Source of the DNA: the human T2T-CHM13v2.0 reference genome, Homo sapiens
Assembly: GCF_009914755.1 (NCBI RefSeq)
Contig: NC_060934.1
DNA: 64,000 nucleotides
Strand: one strand, 5' to 3'
This document shows positions 25,181 to 38,034 of the stretch, one piece after another (within the stretch, counting starts at the first letter, position 1; each line of letters starts with the position of its first letter). Position numbers and translations under genes: made by a program. The notes beneath the pieces are model-generated. The model ran no database searches. It saw nothing but the letters and a program-made list of their open reading frames with translations, and was not told the DNA's origin.

Positions 25181-27149
25181 AGGCAAGGATAAAATAAAAG
25201 AAGATTTTCCTACTGTGACTGGGGAAGTCACAAATGGTATGTGAACTCTGGAATGGAAATAGCACTACTATTAATACAGTCCAGGAAGCGAGAGAGACCC
25301 CAGGAAAGGCCTCCTGAGCATTACTGAACAGAGGCTTAGCAGTAAGTCTCTAGGAGGACCAACATTTTAATTTTAACCTTGAAGGAAAATCAGAGAAGTC
25401 ACACAGGCTCTATCTCCTCCCATTCCCCACTTTTAACTGTGGCATGAAATAAACCTGAGGACAGTCGGAATTATTTGATTTGGCTGGCTTGTTTTTGTTT
25501 TTAAATTTTATATTAATTTATATGTTTTAAGTACTATATATACTCTGCTGTTGATCCCAAACTCACTTTTCTTGTATCGTACTTGGCCCAATTATGTTAC
25601 CTTCCTGGTTCGTGCAGACATTTCAGATAGAGACCCTTGGTCTACTAATGGGGTTAAGTGAAGAATAATGCAGACTAGGAGAAATAATACCTTGGGACCT
25701 GAATCTGCACAAATACTGGCAGAACAAAGGTAAAATCGGGTGAAACTAATTTGGCCTATTTAATAGTTTTGCTGAGGCCTACACAGAGCTATCTCTTCTA
25801 TCTGCTACATAAAATTGTTTCCTGTTCTATTCACTCAAATTCCAAAAAAGTCACAAACAAAGAGAAAAAACAAACTGCTGATTGGCTTCTAAAACCTTCC
25901 AGATGAAAAGGCTGGAAAGTGATGTGTATCTATACTTACACGATGAAGCCTCATGTGGAAGATATTAAAAAGTGAAAATGCTATCTTGGGCCAGACCGTC
26001 ATATCGTAAGCCCAGTTCTCTGCCACTGATTTCAACAGCTGTAGGGAAGAGATTTTACCTTTAGAGTAATAAAATCTTAGCCTTGGGAGGGAAATAGATT
26101 TTATAAATGGGGAAACCAAGTGAGTAATTATTTCCCAGGTCTCACGAATTGTGGCAAATGGCAGTATAAGAACAAAAACCCTGCTTGCCAAACTTCTAGT
26201 TGCTCTTTTCACTGTACAATAGATGATGGAAACATAATAGTTTGGCTCAATTAATTCCAATTCTTGGTCTATATGAGCTATAGTTACCAGGAGTTCTTAC
26301 TTGATTTCTTCCTGAGAGAAGTTTCTAGACTTTGGAATTCTGGGCAGATGTATGTACATATAATAAAGATTTAACTTTAACTAACACTTAGGTTCACAGG
26401 AAAAGTGAAATGGAAATTTCACCTTGTCATTTGAGCAATTTAGGGAAAAATGAAAATAATCTGCTACTGAAGGGAAACAAAAGGGTATTCAAAATTGATT
26501 ATTGATGTTGATTCAACCTATTTGGTCTTTGCCTAATTCCTCTTTTTTCTTTATATAAATGGAGACAAGAGTGATAAAAATAAGTCAGGGGCAGCTAGTT
26601 CAAACTATATGACTCGATTTAGATATTTGGTTTCTCAGTAGAAAGCTCGAGAATAAACAAATCCGTTCTCTAAGTTTCTCTTTTAGTGGTATCCAATTCA
26701 GTTTGCACACTTCCAGAACCAGTTACATCACAGCACAAAGCATGGAAAGCTTGGATTATCTTTAGAGCATTCACCAATTTGTTCTTAGGTTCATTTGATC
26801 TTTAAACAAATAATTGTTCATGTCAATGGAATGTTTATGAATAAAGATAAATAAGATGAAAATGTTGCTATTAAGAAGCCTATGGCTTACTGATGGGGCT
26901 AAAATAAGCATAGGAATTTCTATCATTCCAAGTAGTCCGTAGCAATGGAAGATATCAGTTATAAATAGGATTGGGGGAATCAGATAAATCTTAGAAGGGG
27001 AGATTGATTTGGTCTTGGATTTTGAAAGACCAGTAAGATTTCTACAGGGCTTAAATCACACAGGTCTCTCAACTTAGAATGGCTACCCTACATCTTATTA
27101 AAATGTTGTTAATAATTACTTGAACAAGTACTATTTGAACGCCTATGAT

Positions 27150-27445
27150 ATTCTATGAAAATTCTATTAATCCTTTACAGCTCAGTTAATACTACCATCT
27201 CACCTCAGCTTTATATGAGCATCTCAGCAAAGATTCCTTCCTTCTTTGTGTTTCTGGTCTACTTAATTCATGCTGAGTACTTTGCATAAACCGCATACAT
27301 AGAACTGTGTATATTTATGTGTATATTCATTTTCTCTATTTGACTTATAAGCACTTTGAAGATGGAAATGGCTTTGTATGTTATTTTAATTTTGCCCAGC
27401 ACTTAGTACAGAATAGGAGTTTCAAAGACTTGATTGAATAAAATG
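27150..27445 (+). mobile_element. L2 3'-end remnant
   Basis: ...TATAAGCACTTTGAAGATGG...CCCAGCACTTAGTACAG...TTGATTGAATAAAATGAA resembles an L2 terminus. Confidence 0.5.
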
Positions 27446-28199
27446 AACCAAGTAATTATCAAATCTTCATTTTTTGTATGTGTGGGGAAATTATCTGTCT
27501 CTGTGTCAGTCATTTGTGTCTTCTTCATGACAAATAATACCACCATGGTCAACCTACCACAAGCCATGTTTCAGATAGTTGAAAATCAAATGATCAGTTA
27601 GACAGAGCTTGAATTTACCTATTGTCTGTAATGTGTCCTGGGTACAACTTAGTTTATTCTAATACCTAGAAAGAGTTTGAACTTTCATGTAAAACTATTT
27701 TGTAAAGACAATGAAATGTAATCTTTGTGGAAAATTACATAAAGATATGTAACTTTGAATTCATAGAGCTTCAGTTTTTTTGTCACAGTATATGCATGTT
27801 AGCTCTTAAGAGCTTCTAAACTCAGAAAGCTTTGGAGATTAAACACTGAAAGATTTTGTGCAGAAGAATGCTCAGGGGCTGAAAAAATAAAGCACCTCAT
27901 CATTTTTTACATGTACCCATCAGCTAAAGCCTTTCCTGTTGCCGTATAAAAATTACTGAGGTAAATAGTCTGGCTTCCACTTTGTTCCCCAATCTGCCAG
28001 CGGGGTTTAAACTCAGACTCTGAAGGATGTATGTGACATACACTATTTTAGTCTGTTGGAATTGACTCTACCAACATATCTACCATGAAAATAAGATAGC
28101 TTTAGTGACTAAGTCAGCTTTATTGTCTCAGAGGCCATTCAGGTACCATTAAGCATTCTGAATAATAAAGGCTAACAAAACTCAGAGTATATGCTGTCA

Positions 28200-28350
28200 T
28201 ACTTAAGAATCTTAAGAGGTAGTTACTTTTAGTATCAAACAAATGAGAAAATTAAAGCTCAGAATGTTTCTGTAAGTTGCCCAAGGTCATGTAGTTGGTG
28301 AATGGTGAAGCAATTATTTGAACTCAGGCAGTCTAACTCTATGCCCACTA
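28200..28350. mobile_element. MIR remnant
   Basis: Core-like AAATGAGAAAATTAAAGCTCAGA...AAGTTGCCCAAGGTCATGTAG...TTTGAACTCAGGCAGTCT. Confidence 0.65.
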
Positions 28351-29769
28351 TATTAATCTCTAAGTTATTTTGCCTGGTGGAATTCCACCTCCAAATTTTA
28401 CATGACACATTAAGAATACACCCAGTTTCCTCTGATAAAATAAACTAACCTTAGAAATAGATTCCATCCTAGGTTATAGATTTTACTACAAGTTTGTTTT
28501 TGAACCTGCATGAAATAGATCCTGGTATAATTGAGTGTTACATAAATATCCCCTGAATGAAAGTATAAATAAATAGCATACCCCTGTAGGGTTCCCTTCT
28601 TTGTTCAACTCTTCATTGAAATTTTCATTAACTCCTCAGTTTGATTCAGGGTAGTATATAGTCAGTGGAATTTAAGTGAATACTCCCCTCTTCTACTCAA
28701 AAGCTGACTGGGAAAGAAAAGCATTTGGATGTGAGTATTAGCAGAGTATTTCCCATGCACTCTATTACATTTGTAAAATTGCTATTAATTTTCCTCAATC
28801 CACTGCCATTTTAAGAGCTGCTGGGCTGTGATTATGTAGCAATTTACTTGCTAACTTTGCCTTTTCCATCAACAATGTAGATGCATAATTAAACTATGTG
28901 CTCTGGGGAAAAGACACTTTTAAGTACAGAGGTAAAAGTAAGATTTTTCTCAGAAAAGAGTACAAAAACCAATTTAAATACTAAGTTAATGTCAGTATAT
29001 TAATATCAGTATGTACTTTGGCAAGAGTATATTTGAATAATTTGTCTCCATGGTGCTTTTTAATTTATTGACAGCGTGTTGTTGAAGTCTAATTGATAAG
29101 GTTCTGAGCCATGAGATCTTAATATATTACATAAAATAACTTAAAAAATCAATAATCATTTAATTATTTAGATGTAGTGGTTATAAAAGTGACAAAAATC
29201 TCTCATGACGATTTGGAAGGATGATATATTACACACTGTAACATAATTTTTAGGTTTTTAAAGCTGTAGATAAGACACAATCATTCTTAATTTGCAGCAG
29301 GCACAGGATGAGCAGATGCAAATTAATCTGAATTCCCTGGATGTCATTTTGACACTAGTTTCTTTGTCATTTCCCATTCATAAATACATGCATCCTATTA
29401 CATTTATTTACATTTAACTGCAGACTAGTAGAAAACCTATTTAACAAATATGATGCTAAGCTCTGACTGATTATTTGGCAGCATATATCTCACAAGACAA
29501 ACCCGCTATTAGCTGTAAATGTGAGGCACAGAGAGACCAAACACATGCAAGATGCCATCCATGACTCTTTTTCTATGGCTTGGTTATGTCACACAGATCA
29601 TAGGCTGGAGGGAAGATTTTCCCATTTTCTTTCCCCTACCACTTTTTACACTGGCAACATGGGTCAATATTGCTTTTCTTTGTAAGCCAATTTACACTTT
29701 GAAATGAAGTGAGCATTCAGTAGGAAAAGAAGGTGAAAGTATTCTGCTTTGTAGCATCTGCCAGGACTA

Positions 29770-30153
29770 ATTTTTAAATTTATTTTGGCTGCTATAACAA
29801 AGCTATAGACTGGGTGGCTTATAAACAACATAATTTTATTTCTCACAGTTCTGGAGGCTTGGAAGTCCAAGATCAAGAGGTGAACAGATTTGGTGTCTGG
29901 TGGGGGCCTGCTTCCTGATTCATAGATGGCACCATCCAGCTGTGCCCTCACATGGTGGAAGGAATGAGGCTGCTCTCTGGAATCTCTTTTATAAGGTATT
30001 TATCCCATTCATGAGTGCTCCACCTTCATGACCCAATCAACTCCCAAAGGTCCCACCTCCAAATACTATCACATTAAGGTTAGGTTTCAAAGTATGTATT
30101 TTTTTCAAGGGAGGCAGGGACAGGCAGAGAACACAAAACTTCAGTCTATAGCA
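29770..30153 (-). mobile_element. MLT1A-like MaLR solo LTR
   Basis: GGCTGCTATAACAAA...TTTATTTCTCACAGTTCTGGAGGC...AAGTCCAAGATCAAG...TTCAGTCTATAGCA. Confidence 0.8.
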
Positions 30154-31563
30154 GTTGGTTAACCCTTTAAGTTTCTCATAGTCTAACCTGATCCCAAATT
30201 GCAGAAGAATGCCATAGAGTTCAGAGAAGCACCTTCTAATTGTCTTTGGTCAAATCCAGGGATCCAAATTATGACAAAAGAAAATCAATCTAGAACACAG
30301 AGAAAATACTTTTAAGGAGAATTGTCATAGTTTAGGTTCTACCTCACAGACCTTAAAAATTCAATTTCTCTTTAGAGTAAATTCAAGTGATAGTTATCAT
30401 CTCTCAGGCAATAGTGGACTCCGGGCATTAGTAAAGACAGTTCTCTCAGGACAAAGGCTTAATCTATATTTCTACATGCTACATTTCCAACATCTGGGGA
30501 TGGTTGAATGTTTATTCCACAAAGAAGAGTCTCTGCCCCCAACAAAATAAGTTTCCAGGGTCCCAGTTTCTGGCCTCATGTAATCATTTTAAGAAATTTT
30601 TAATTTTAATGTTCAGTGAAGGACTTAAAAAAAAATACAAGCAAAACAAACATACCTTTTGAACCCAGTGTCAATGGGTGTACCTAAGAATAAAATAAGT
30701 CACTCAGAGGCTTGATACAGATCAAATCTCTGTAACTTCATAATTTGTGACATGGGCATATTAGCACCCTCCAGAAGTCATCAAACTTGAGCATTTGGAT
30801 CTCTTGGGTGGAGTAAGATGGCAAATAGAAGACTCCATCAATTGTTTCTATGTAGGAACACCAAATTTAAAAAACTACACAAAAAAATCCCTTCATAAGA
30901 AACAAAAGTCAGGAACCAGCTCAGCCACAAGTGGTTACAGCACCAAGAGTCCTCTTGGGGTTCCTGATTTCAGGCCTTGACTTATGTGTGGCATTTCTGG
31001 ACCTACCCTGAGCAGAAGGGTAACCCACTGCCCTAAGGGTGATTCTGAGGCCAGGCAGCATTCACCATAACCTGACAGAAGAATCCTTGGACCTTAAGTG
31101 AATATTGGCAGTGACTGGCAGTACTCCTCATGAGCCTGTGGTAATGGTGGCCATGGGGTGAGGCTCCTCTGCCTGTAGAAAATGGAAAGAGAGTGGGAAA
31201 GACAATGTCTTGTGATTTGAGTGCCAGTTCAGTCACAGTAGAATAGAACACCAGGTAAACTTCTAAGATTTTTTACTTCAGTCCCAGGTTCCCAGACAGC
31301 ACCTCTGGACCCACCTGGTACCAGAGGGAACTTGTCACCCTGAAATAAAGGACACTGGTCTGGCTGGCTTCACCACCTGCTGATTGTAGGGCCCCAGGTC
31401 CTTGAGTGAACACAAGCAGTAGCCAGGGAGTGGTCACAGCAGGCCTTGGGTGAGACCTAGTACAGTGCAGGCTTCAGATCTGACCCAGTATAGTCTCAGT
31501 GATGGTGGCCACAGGACAGCTTCTGTCATACCATCCATAGCTCCATAGCTCCAGGCAGCTCAG

Positions 31564-31566
<3 letters not shown>

Positions 31567-31602
<36 letters not shown>
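31567..31602 (+). repeat. (AG)18 microsatellite in the L1 5'UTR
   Basis: Pure AG run read directly from the sequence. Confidence 0.95.
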
Positions 31603-31607
<5 letters not shown>

Positions 31608-34600
31608 TTGTTTGGGGGAATATAAGGGAAGAGAACAGAAGTCTCTGCTTGGTAATCCAGAGAAATCTTATCCAAGACCAGCAAGGTGGCATCTCTATGA
31701 GTCTGCAAAAACCACTGCATTGCTGTCCATGAAGTGCCCTCTAATGTAGATATGACTTAGATCACAATACCAAAGTTCTTTTGAAAACCTGGAAAGCTTT
31801 CCCAAGAAGGATAGATAGAAACAAGCCCAGATTGCAAAGACTACAATAAATACCTAACTCTTTGATGCACAGACACCAATGAACATCCACAAGCATCAAG
31901 AACTAAATAAGGCACTAGGAACCAATCCTGGAGAAATACAGATATGTGACCTTTCAGAGAGATAATTCAAAATAGCTCTTTAAAGGAAACTCAGTAAAAT
32001 TCAAGATAACACAGAGAGGAGATTCAGAATCCCACCAAATAAATTTAACAAAGAGATTGAAATAATTAAAAAGAATCAAGCAGAAATTCTGGAGCTGAGA
32101 AATGCAATCAGCATATGAAGAATCCATCACATTCTCCTAATAGCAGAATTGATCATTAGAAGAAATAATTAGTAAGCTTGAAGACAGCCTAGTTAAAAAT
32201 ACACAGTCAAGAAGACAGAAAATAATAAAAAACAATAAATCACACCTACAAGATTTAGAAAATAGTCTCGAAGGGCAAATCTAACAGTTATTGCTCTTAA
32301 AGGAGAGGTAGAGTAAGAGATAGAGGTAGAACGTTTATTCAAATGGAAAATAACAGAAAACTTCCCAAACCAAGAGAAAGATAGCAATATCTAAGTACAA
32401 GAAGGTTATAGAACACTAAACAAGTTTAACCCAAAGACTACCTCAAGGCATTTAATAATCAAACTCCCAAAGGTTAAGGTATTTAATAATCAAACTCCTA
32501 AAGGTCAAAGATAAAGAAAGGATCTTAAAAGCAGCAAGAGAAAAGAAGCAAATAACATACAATGGAGTTCCAATACATCTGGCAGCTGCCTTTTTCATGG
32601 AAACCTTACAGGTCAGCAGAGAGTGGCATGATATATTTAAAGTGCTCAAGAAAAAATAACTTTTATCTTAGAATAGCATATCTAGTGAAAATATTCTTTA
32701 AGCATGAAGAAGAAATAAAGACTTCCCAGACAAACAAAAGCCGAGAAATTGCATGAATACTACACCTGTTCTACAAGAAATACTAACAAGAGTTCTAAAA
32801 TCTGAAAGAAGAGGACATTATTGAGCAATAAGAAATCATCTGAAGGCACAAAACTCAGTGTTGAGTACACAGAAAAACATGGACTATTATAACACTGTAA
32901 CTATGATATATAAACTACCCTTACCTTAAGTAGAAACCCTAAAAGATGAAGCAATCAAAGATAAGTACAACAGCTTTTCAAGATACAAACAGTACAATAA
33001 GATAAAAATGGAAACAAGAAACAGTTAAAAAGCAGAGTTAAGGTGTAGAGTTTTTGTCAGTTTTTTAAATGTTTATCTGTTTGTTTATAAAAAAAGTATT
33101 AACTTATCCACTTAAAATAATGGGTTATAAGATAGTATTTACAAGCCTCATGGTAAACTCAAATCACAAAAAATGTAAGATTTCCAAAAAATAAAAACCA
33201 AGTGATTAAATTATACCACCAGCAAAAGTCACCTTCCCTAAAAGGAAGACAGGAAAGAAGGAAAAGAAGACAACAAAACAACCAGGAAACACATAACAAA
33301 ATGGCAGGAGTAAGTCCCTACTTATCAATAATAACATTGAGTGTAAATGGACTAAATTCTCCAAGAAAAAGTCATAAAATGGCTGAGTTGATAACAAAGA
33401 AGACTCAATGATTTATTGCCTAGAAGAAACACACTTCACCTATAGATATATTCATAGACTGAACATTAAGGAATGGAAATAGAAATTCCATGCAAATGGA
33501 AACCAGAAAAGAACAGGAGTACCTAAAGTTATATCAGACAAAATAGATTTTAAGACAAAAGCTATAAAAAGAGACAAAGAAGGTCACCAGATAATGATAA
33601 AGGAATAAATTCAGGAAGAGGATATGACAATTATAAATATATATATATGCATCCAACACTGGAGCACTCAGATATATAAAGGAAATATTTTTAGAGCTAA
33701 AAAGAAAGCTAGACCCTAATACAATAATAGCTGGAGACTTCAACACCTCACTTTCAGTATTGGACAGATCTTCCAGAAAGAAATCAACAAAGAAATAGCA
33801 ATTTAATTTGTACTATAGACCAATTGAACCTAAAAATATTTGCAAAAGATTTCACTCAGTGGCTATAGAATACACATTTTTTCTCAGCACATGGCCCATT
33901 GTTATGGATATATCATATGTTAGGTCACAAACCAAGTCTTAAAACATTAAAAAATATTGAAGTAATATCAAGCATCTTCTCTGACCACAGTGGAATGAAA
34001 CTAGAAATCAATAACAGGAGGAATTATGGAAAATGTAAAAACACGTGGAAATTTAACAATATGTTCCTGAATGACCAGTGGTCAGTGAAGAAATTAAGAA
34101 AGAAATGTAAATATTTCTTGAAATAAATGGAAATGGAAACACAACATATCAAAAGCTGTGGGATACAGCAAAGCAGTATGAAGATGAATGTTTATAGAAA
34201 TAAGCACCTACATCAAAAAAAGTAGAAAATTTTCAAGTAAACAACTTAATAATACGTGTTAAAGAACTCAAAAGGCAAGAGCAAACCAAACCCAAAATTA
34301 GTAGAAGAACAGAAATAAAAATCAGAGCAAAAATAAATAAAATTTAAACAAACAAAAAACATCAACAAAACAAAATGTTATTTTTTTGAAAAGATAAACA
34401 AAATTGAAAAACCTCTAACCAGACTAAGAGGAAAAGACAGGAGACCCAAATGAATAAAATCAGAGATGAAAAAGGAGACATTACAATTGATACCTCAGAA
34501 ATTCAAAAGATCACTAGTGACTACTCTGAGTAACTATATGACAATAAGTTGTAACACTTTGAAGAAATGGATAAAATGGATTCCTACACACATACAACTT

Positions 34601-36020
34601 ACCAAGATTAAACCATGAAGAAATCAAAAACCTGAACAGACCAATAACAAGTGATGATTTCAAAGCCATAATAAAAAGTTTTCCAGTAAAGAAAAATCCA
34701 GGACCCAATGGGTTCACTGCTAAATTCTACCAAATATTTAAAGAAAAGCTACTACCAATCCCACTCAAATTGTTCTAAAAAATACAGGAAGACAGAATAC
34801 CTCCAAAGTCATTCTATGAGGCCAGTATTACTCTGATACAAAAACCAACCAAAGACAAATTAATATCCCTGATGGATATTGATAGAAAAATTCTCAACAA
34901 AATATTAGGAATTTGAGCTTAACAATACATTATGAAGATCATTCTTTTATATGGATATGGGATATTGCTCTGTGGAGGAATTACATTACCTGACTTCAAA
35001 TGATACTACAGAGCTATAGTAACCAAAATGGCATGGTACTGGCATAAGCATTATATGGTTCTGTTTAGACACATAGACCAATGCAACAGAATAGAGAACC
35101 TAGAAATAAATTCATACCTGTACAGTAAACTTATTTTTGACAAAAGTACCAAGAACATACATTGGGGGAAAGGACAATCTCTTCAATAAGTGATGCTAAG
35201 AAAACTGGATATCCATGTGCAGGAGAAAAAAAACTAGGTCTCTATGTCTCCCCATATACAAAAATCAAATCAATATGGTTTAAAGACTTTAAGACAAAAT
35301 ACTATGAAACTGCTACAAGAAAACATTGGGAAACTGTTCAGGACATTTAACTGGGCAACAATTTCATGAGTAATACCCCAGAAGCACAGGTAGCCAAAGC
35401 AAAAATGGACAAATGCGATGACATCAATTTAAAAAGCTTCTGCATGGCAAAGGATACAATCAGCAAAATGAAGAGACAACCTACAGAATAGGAGAAAATA
35501 TTTTCAAACTACCCATCTGACAAGAGATTAATAACCAGAATATATAGGAGCTCAAATAACTCTAAAGGAAAAAATCCAATAATCTGATTAAAAAATGGGC
35601 AAAGGATTTGAATAGACATTTCTCAAAAGAAAACATACAAATGGCAAACAGGTATATGAAAAGGTGCTCAACATCACTGATCATCAGAGAAATGCAAATC
35701 AAAACTACGATGAGATATCCTCTCACCCCAGTTAAAATGGCTTATACTCAAAAGTCAGGCAGTAACAAATGCGGGCGAGGATGTGGAGAAAAGGGAATGC
35801 TTGTATACTGTTGGTGGGAATGTGAATTGTATAACCTCTGTGGGGAACAGTTCCTAGGTTCTTCAAAAACTAAGAATGGAGCTACCATATGATCCAACAA
35901 TCCCACTGCTAGGTATCTACTCAAAAGAAAGAAAATCAGTATATCAAAGAGATATCTGTACTCCCATGTTTATTGCAGCACTATTCAAAATAGCCAAGAT
36001 TTAGAAGCAACCTAAGTATC

Positions 36021-38034
36021 TGATATGGTTTCACTATGTCCCTACCCAAATCTCATATTGAATTGTAATCTCTATAACCCCCCACATGTCATGGGGGATC
36101 TTGGTGGCAGGTAATTGAATCATGAGGGTGGTTCCCCCATGCTGTTCTGGTGATAGTGAGTGAGTTCTCATGAGATCTAATGGTTTTATAAGCATCTGCC
36201 ATTTCCCCTGCTGACACACATTCTCTCTCCTGCTGCCTTGTGAAAAGGTGCCTTCCACCATGATTGTTAGTTTTCTGAGGCCTCCCCAGTCAGGAGGAAC
36301 TGTGAGTCAATTAAACCTCTTCTCTTTATAAATTACCCAGTCTCAGTTATTTCCTTATAGCAATGTGAGACAGACTAATACAGTAAATTGGTACCACGGT
36401 AGTGAGGTGCTTCTACACAGATACTAAAAAATGTGCAAGTGACTTTGGAACTGGGTAACAGGCAGAGGTTGGAACAGTTTGGAGGGCTGAGAAGAACATA
36501 GGAAGATGTGGGAAAGTTTGGAACTTCCCAGAGACTTGTTGAATGGCTTTGACCAAAATTCTGATAGTATAGACCATAAAGTACAGGCTGAGGTGATCTC
36601 AGAGATGAGGAACTTGTTGGAAACTGAAGTAAAGCTTACTCTTGTAATGCTTTAGCAAAGAGACTGGAAGCATTTTGCCCCTGCCCTAGAGATGTGTGCA
36701 ACCTTGAACTTGAGAGAGATGATTTGGGGTATCTGGCAGAAGAAATTTCTAAGTAGCATAGCACTCAAGAGGTGACAGAGCATAAAAGTTTGGAAAAGTT
36801 GTGGCCCGATGATGCAGTTAAAGAAAACTCCATTTTTTTGGAAAAAATTCAAGCTGCAGAAATTTGGATAAGTAACAAGTAGCCAAATGCTAATCACCAA
36901 GACAATGACACTATTGGGTTTCGTACTTGCATGGGGCCTGTAGTCCCTTCATTCTGGCTAATTTCTTCTATTTTTAAGGGATCTATTTACCCAAAGCCTG
37001 TGCCTCCATTGAATCTAGGAAGTAACTAACTTGCTTTTGATTTTACAGGCTCATAAGTGAAAGGGACTAGCCTTGTTTCAGATGAGACATTGCACTTGGA
37101 CTCTTGAGTTAATGCTGAAATGAATTGAGACTTTGGGAGACTGTTGGGAAGGCAAGATTGTGTTTTGAAATGTGAGGACATGAGATTTGGGAAATGACAG
37201 GGGCAGAATGATATGGTTTGGCTGTGTCTCCACCAAAATCTCATCTTGAATTGTAATCTTCATAATCCCTATGTGTCATGGGAGGGACCTGGTGGGAGGT
37301 AATTGAATCATGGAGCTGGTTTCACCCATGCTGTTCTCATGATAGTGAGTGAGTTCTCAAGAGATCTGATAGTTTTATAAGCATCTGGCATTTTCCCTGC
37401 TGACACTCACTCTCTCTCATGCTGCCTTGTGAAGAGCTGCCTTCCACCATGATTGTAAGTTTCCTGAGACCTCCCCAGCCATGTGGAACTTTGAGTCAAT
37501 TAAACCTCTTTTCTTTATAATTTACCCAGTCTCAGGTATTTCCTTATGTAGCAGGACAAGCCACAGACAAAACTCCTCAGACACCGAGTTAAAGAAGGAA
37601 GGGGTTTATTCAGCCAGGGGCATCAGCAAGACTCTTAGCTCAAGAGCTGAGCCCCCAAGTGAGCAATTCCTGTCCTTTTTAAGGGCTCACAACTCTAAGG
37701 GGGTGCGCGTGAGAGGGTCGTGATCGATTGAGCAAGCAGGGGGTACGTGACTGGGGGCTGCAGGCACTGGTAATTAGATCAGAACTAAACAGGATAGGGA
37801 TTTTCACAGTGCTTTTCTATACAATGTCTGTAATCTATAGATAACATAACTGATTAGATCAGGGGTCGATCTTCAACTACCAGGCCTAGGGTGTGGCGCC
37901 GGGCTGTCTGCTTGTGGATTTCATTTCTGCCTTTTAGTTTTTACTTTTTCTTTCTTTGGAGGCAGAAATTGGACATAAGGCGATATGAGGGGTAGTCTCC
38001 TTTATTCACAGCAATGTGAAAAGGGACTAATACA
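36021..38034 (+). mobile_element. THE1 (C/D-like) MaLR provirus: LTR 36021-36382, shortened internal region, 3' LTR 37209-38034 split by LTR2
   Basis: Two TGATATGGTTT...CTAATACA LTRs. TSD GTATC / GTGTC, which restores the L1 sequence CCTAAGTGTCCATCAAC. Confidence 0.92.
37547..38004 (-). mobile_element. LTR2 (HERV-E/Harlequin) solo LTR
   Basis: TGTAGCAGGACAAGCCACAGACAAAACTCCTCAGACACCGAG...ATATGAGGGGTAGTCTCCTTTA matches the reverse complement of the recalled LTR2 consensus. Confidence 0.85.

Noticed and set aside
25889-26260. 123-aa minus-strand ORF
   Set aside because: TTG start, overlaps MIR-like sequence, no domain or splice context.
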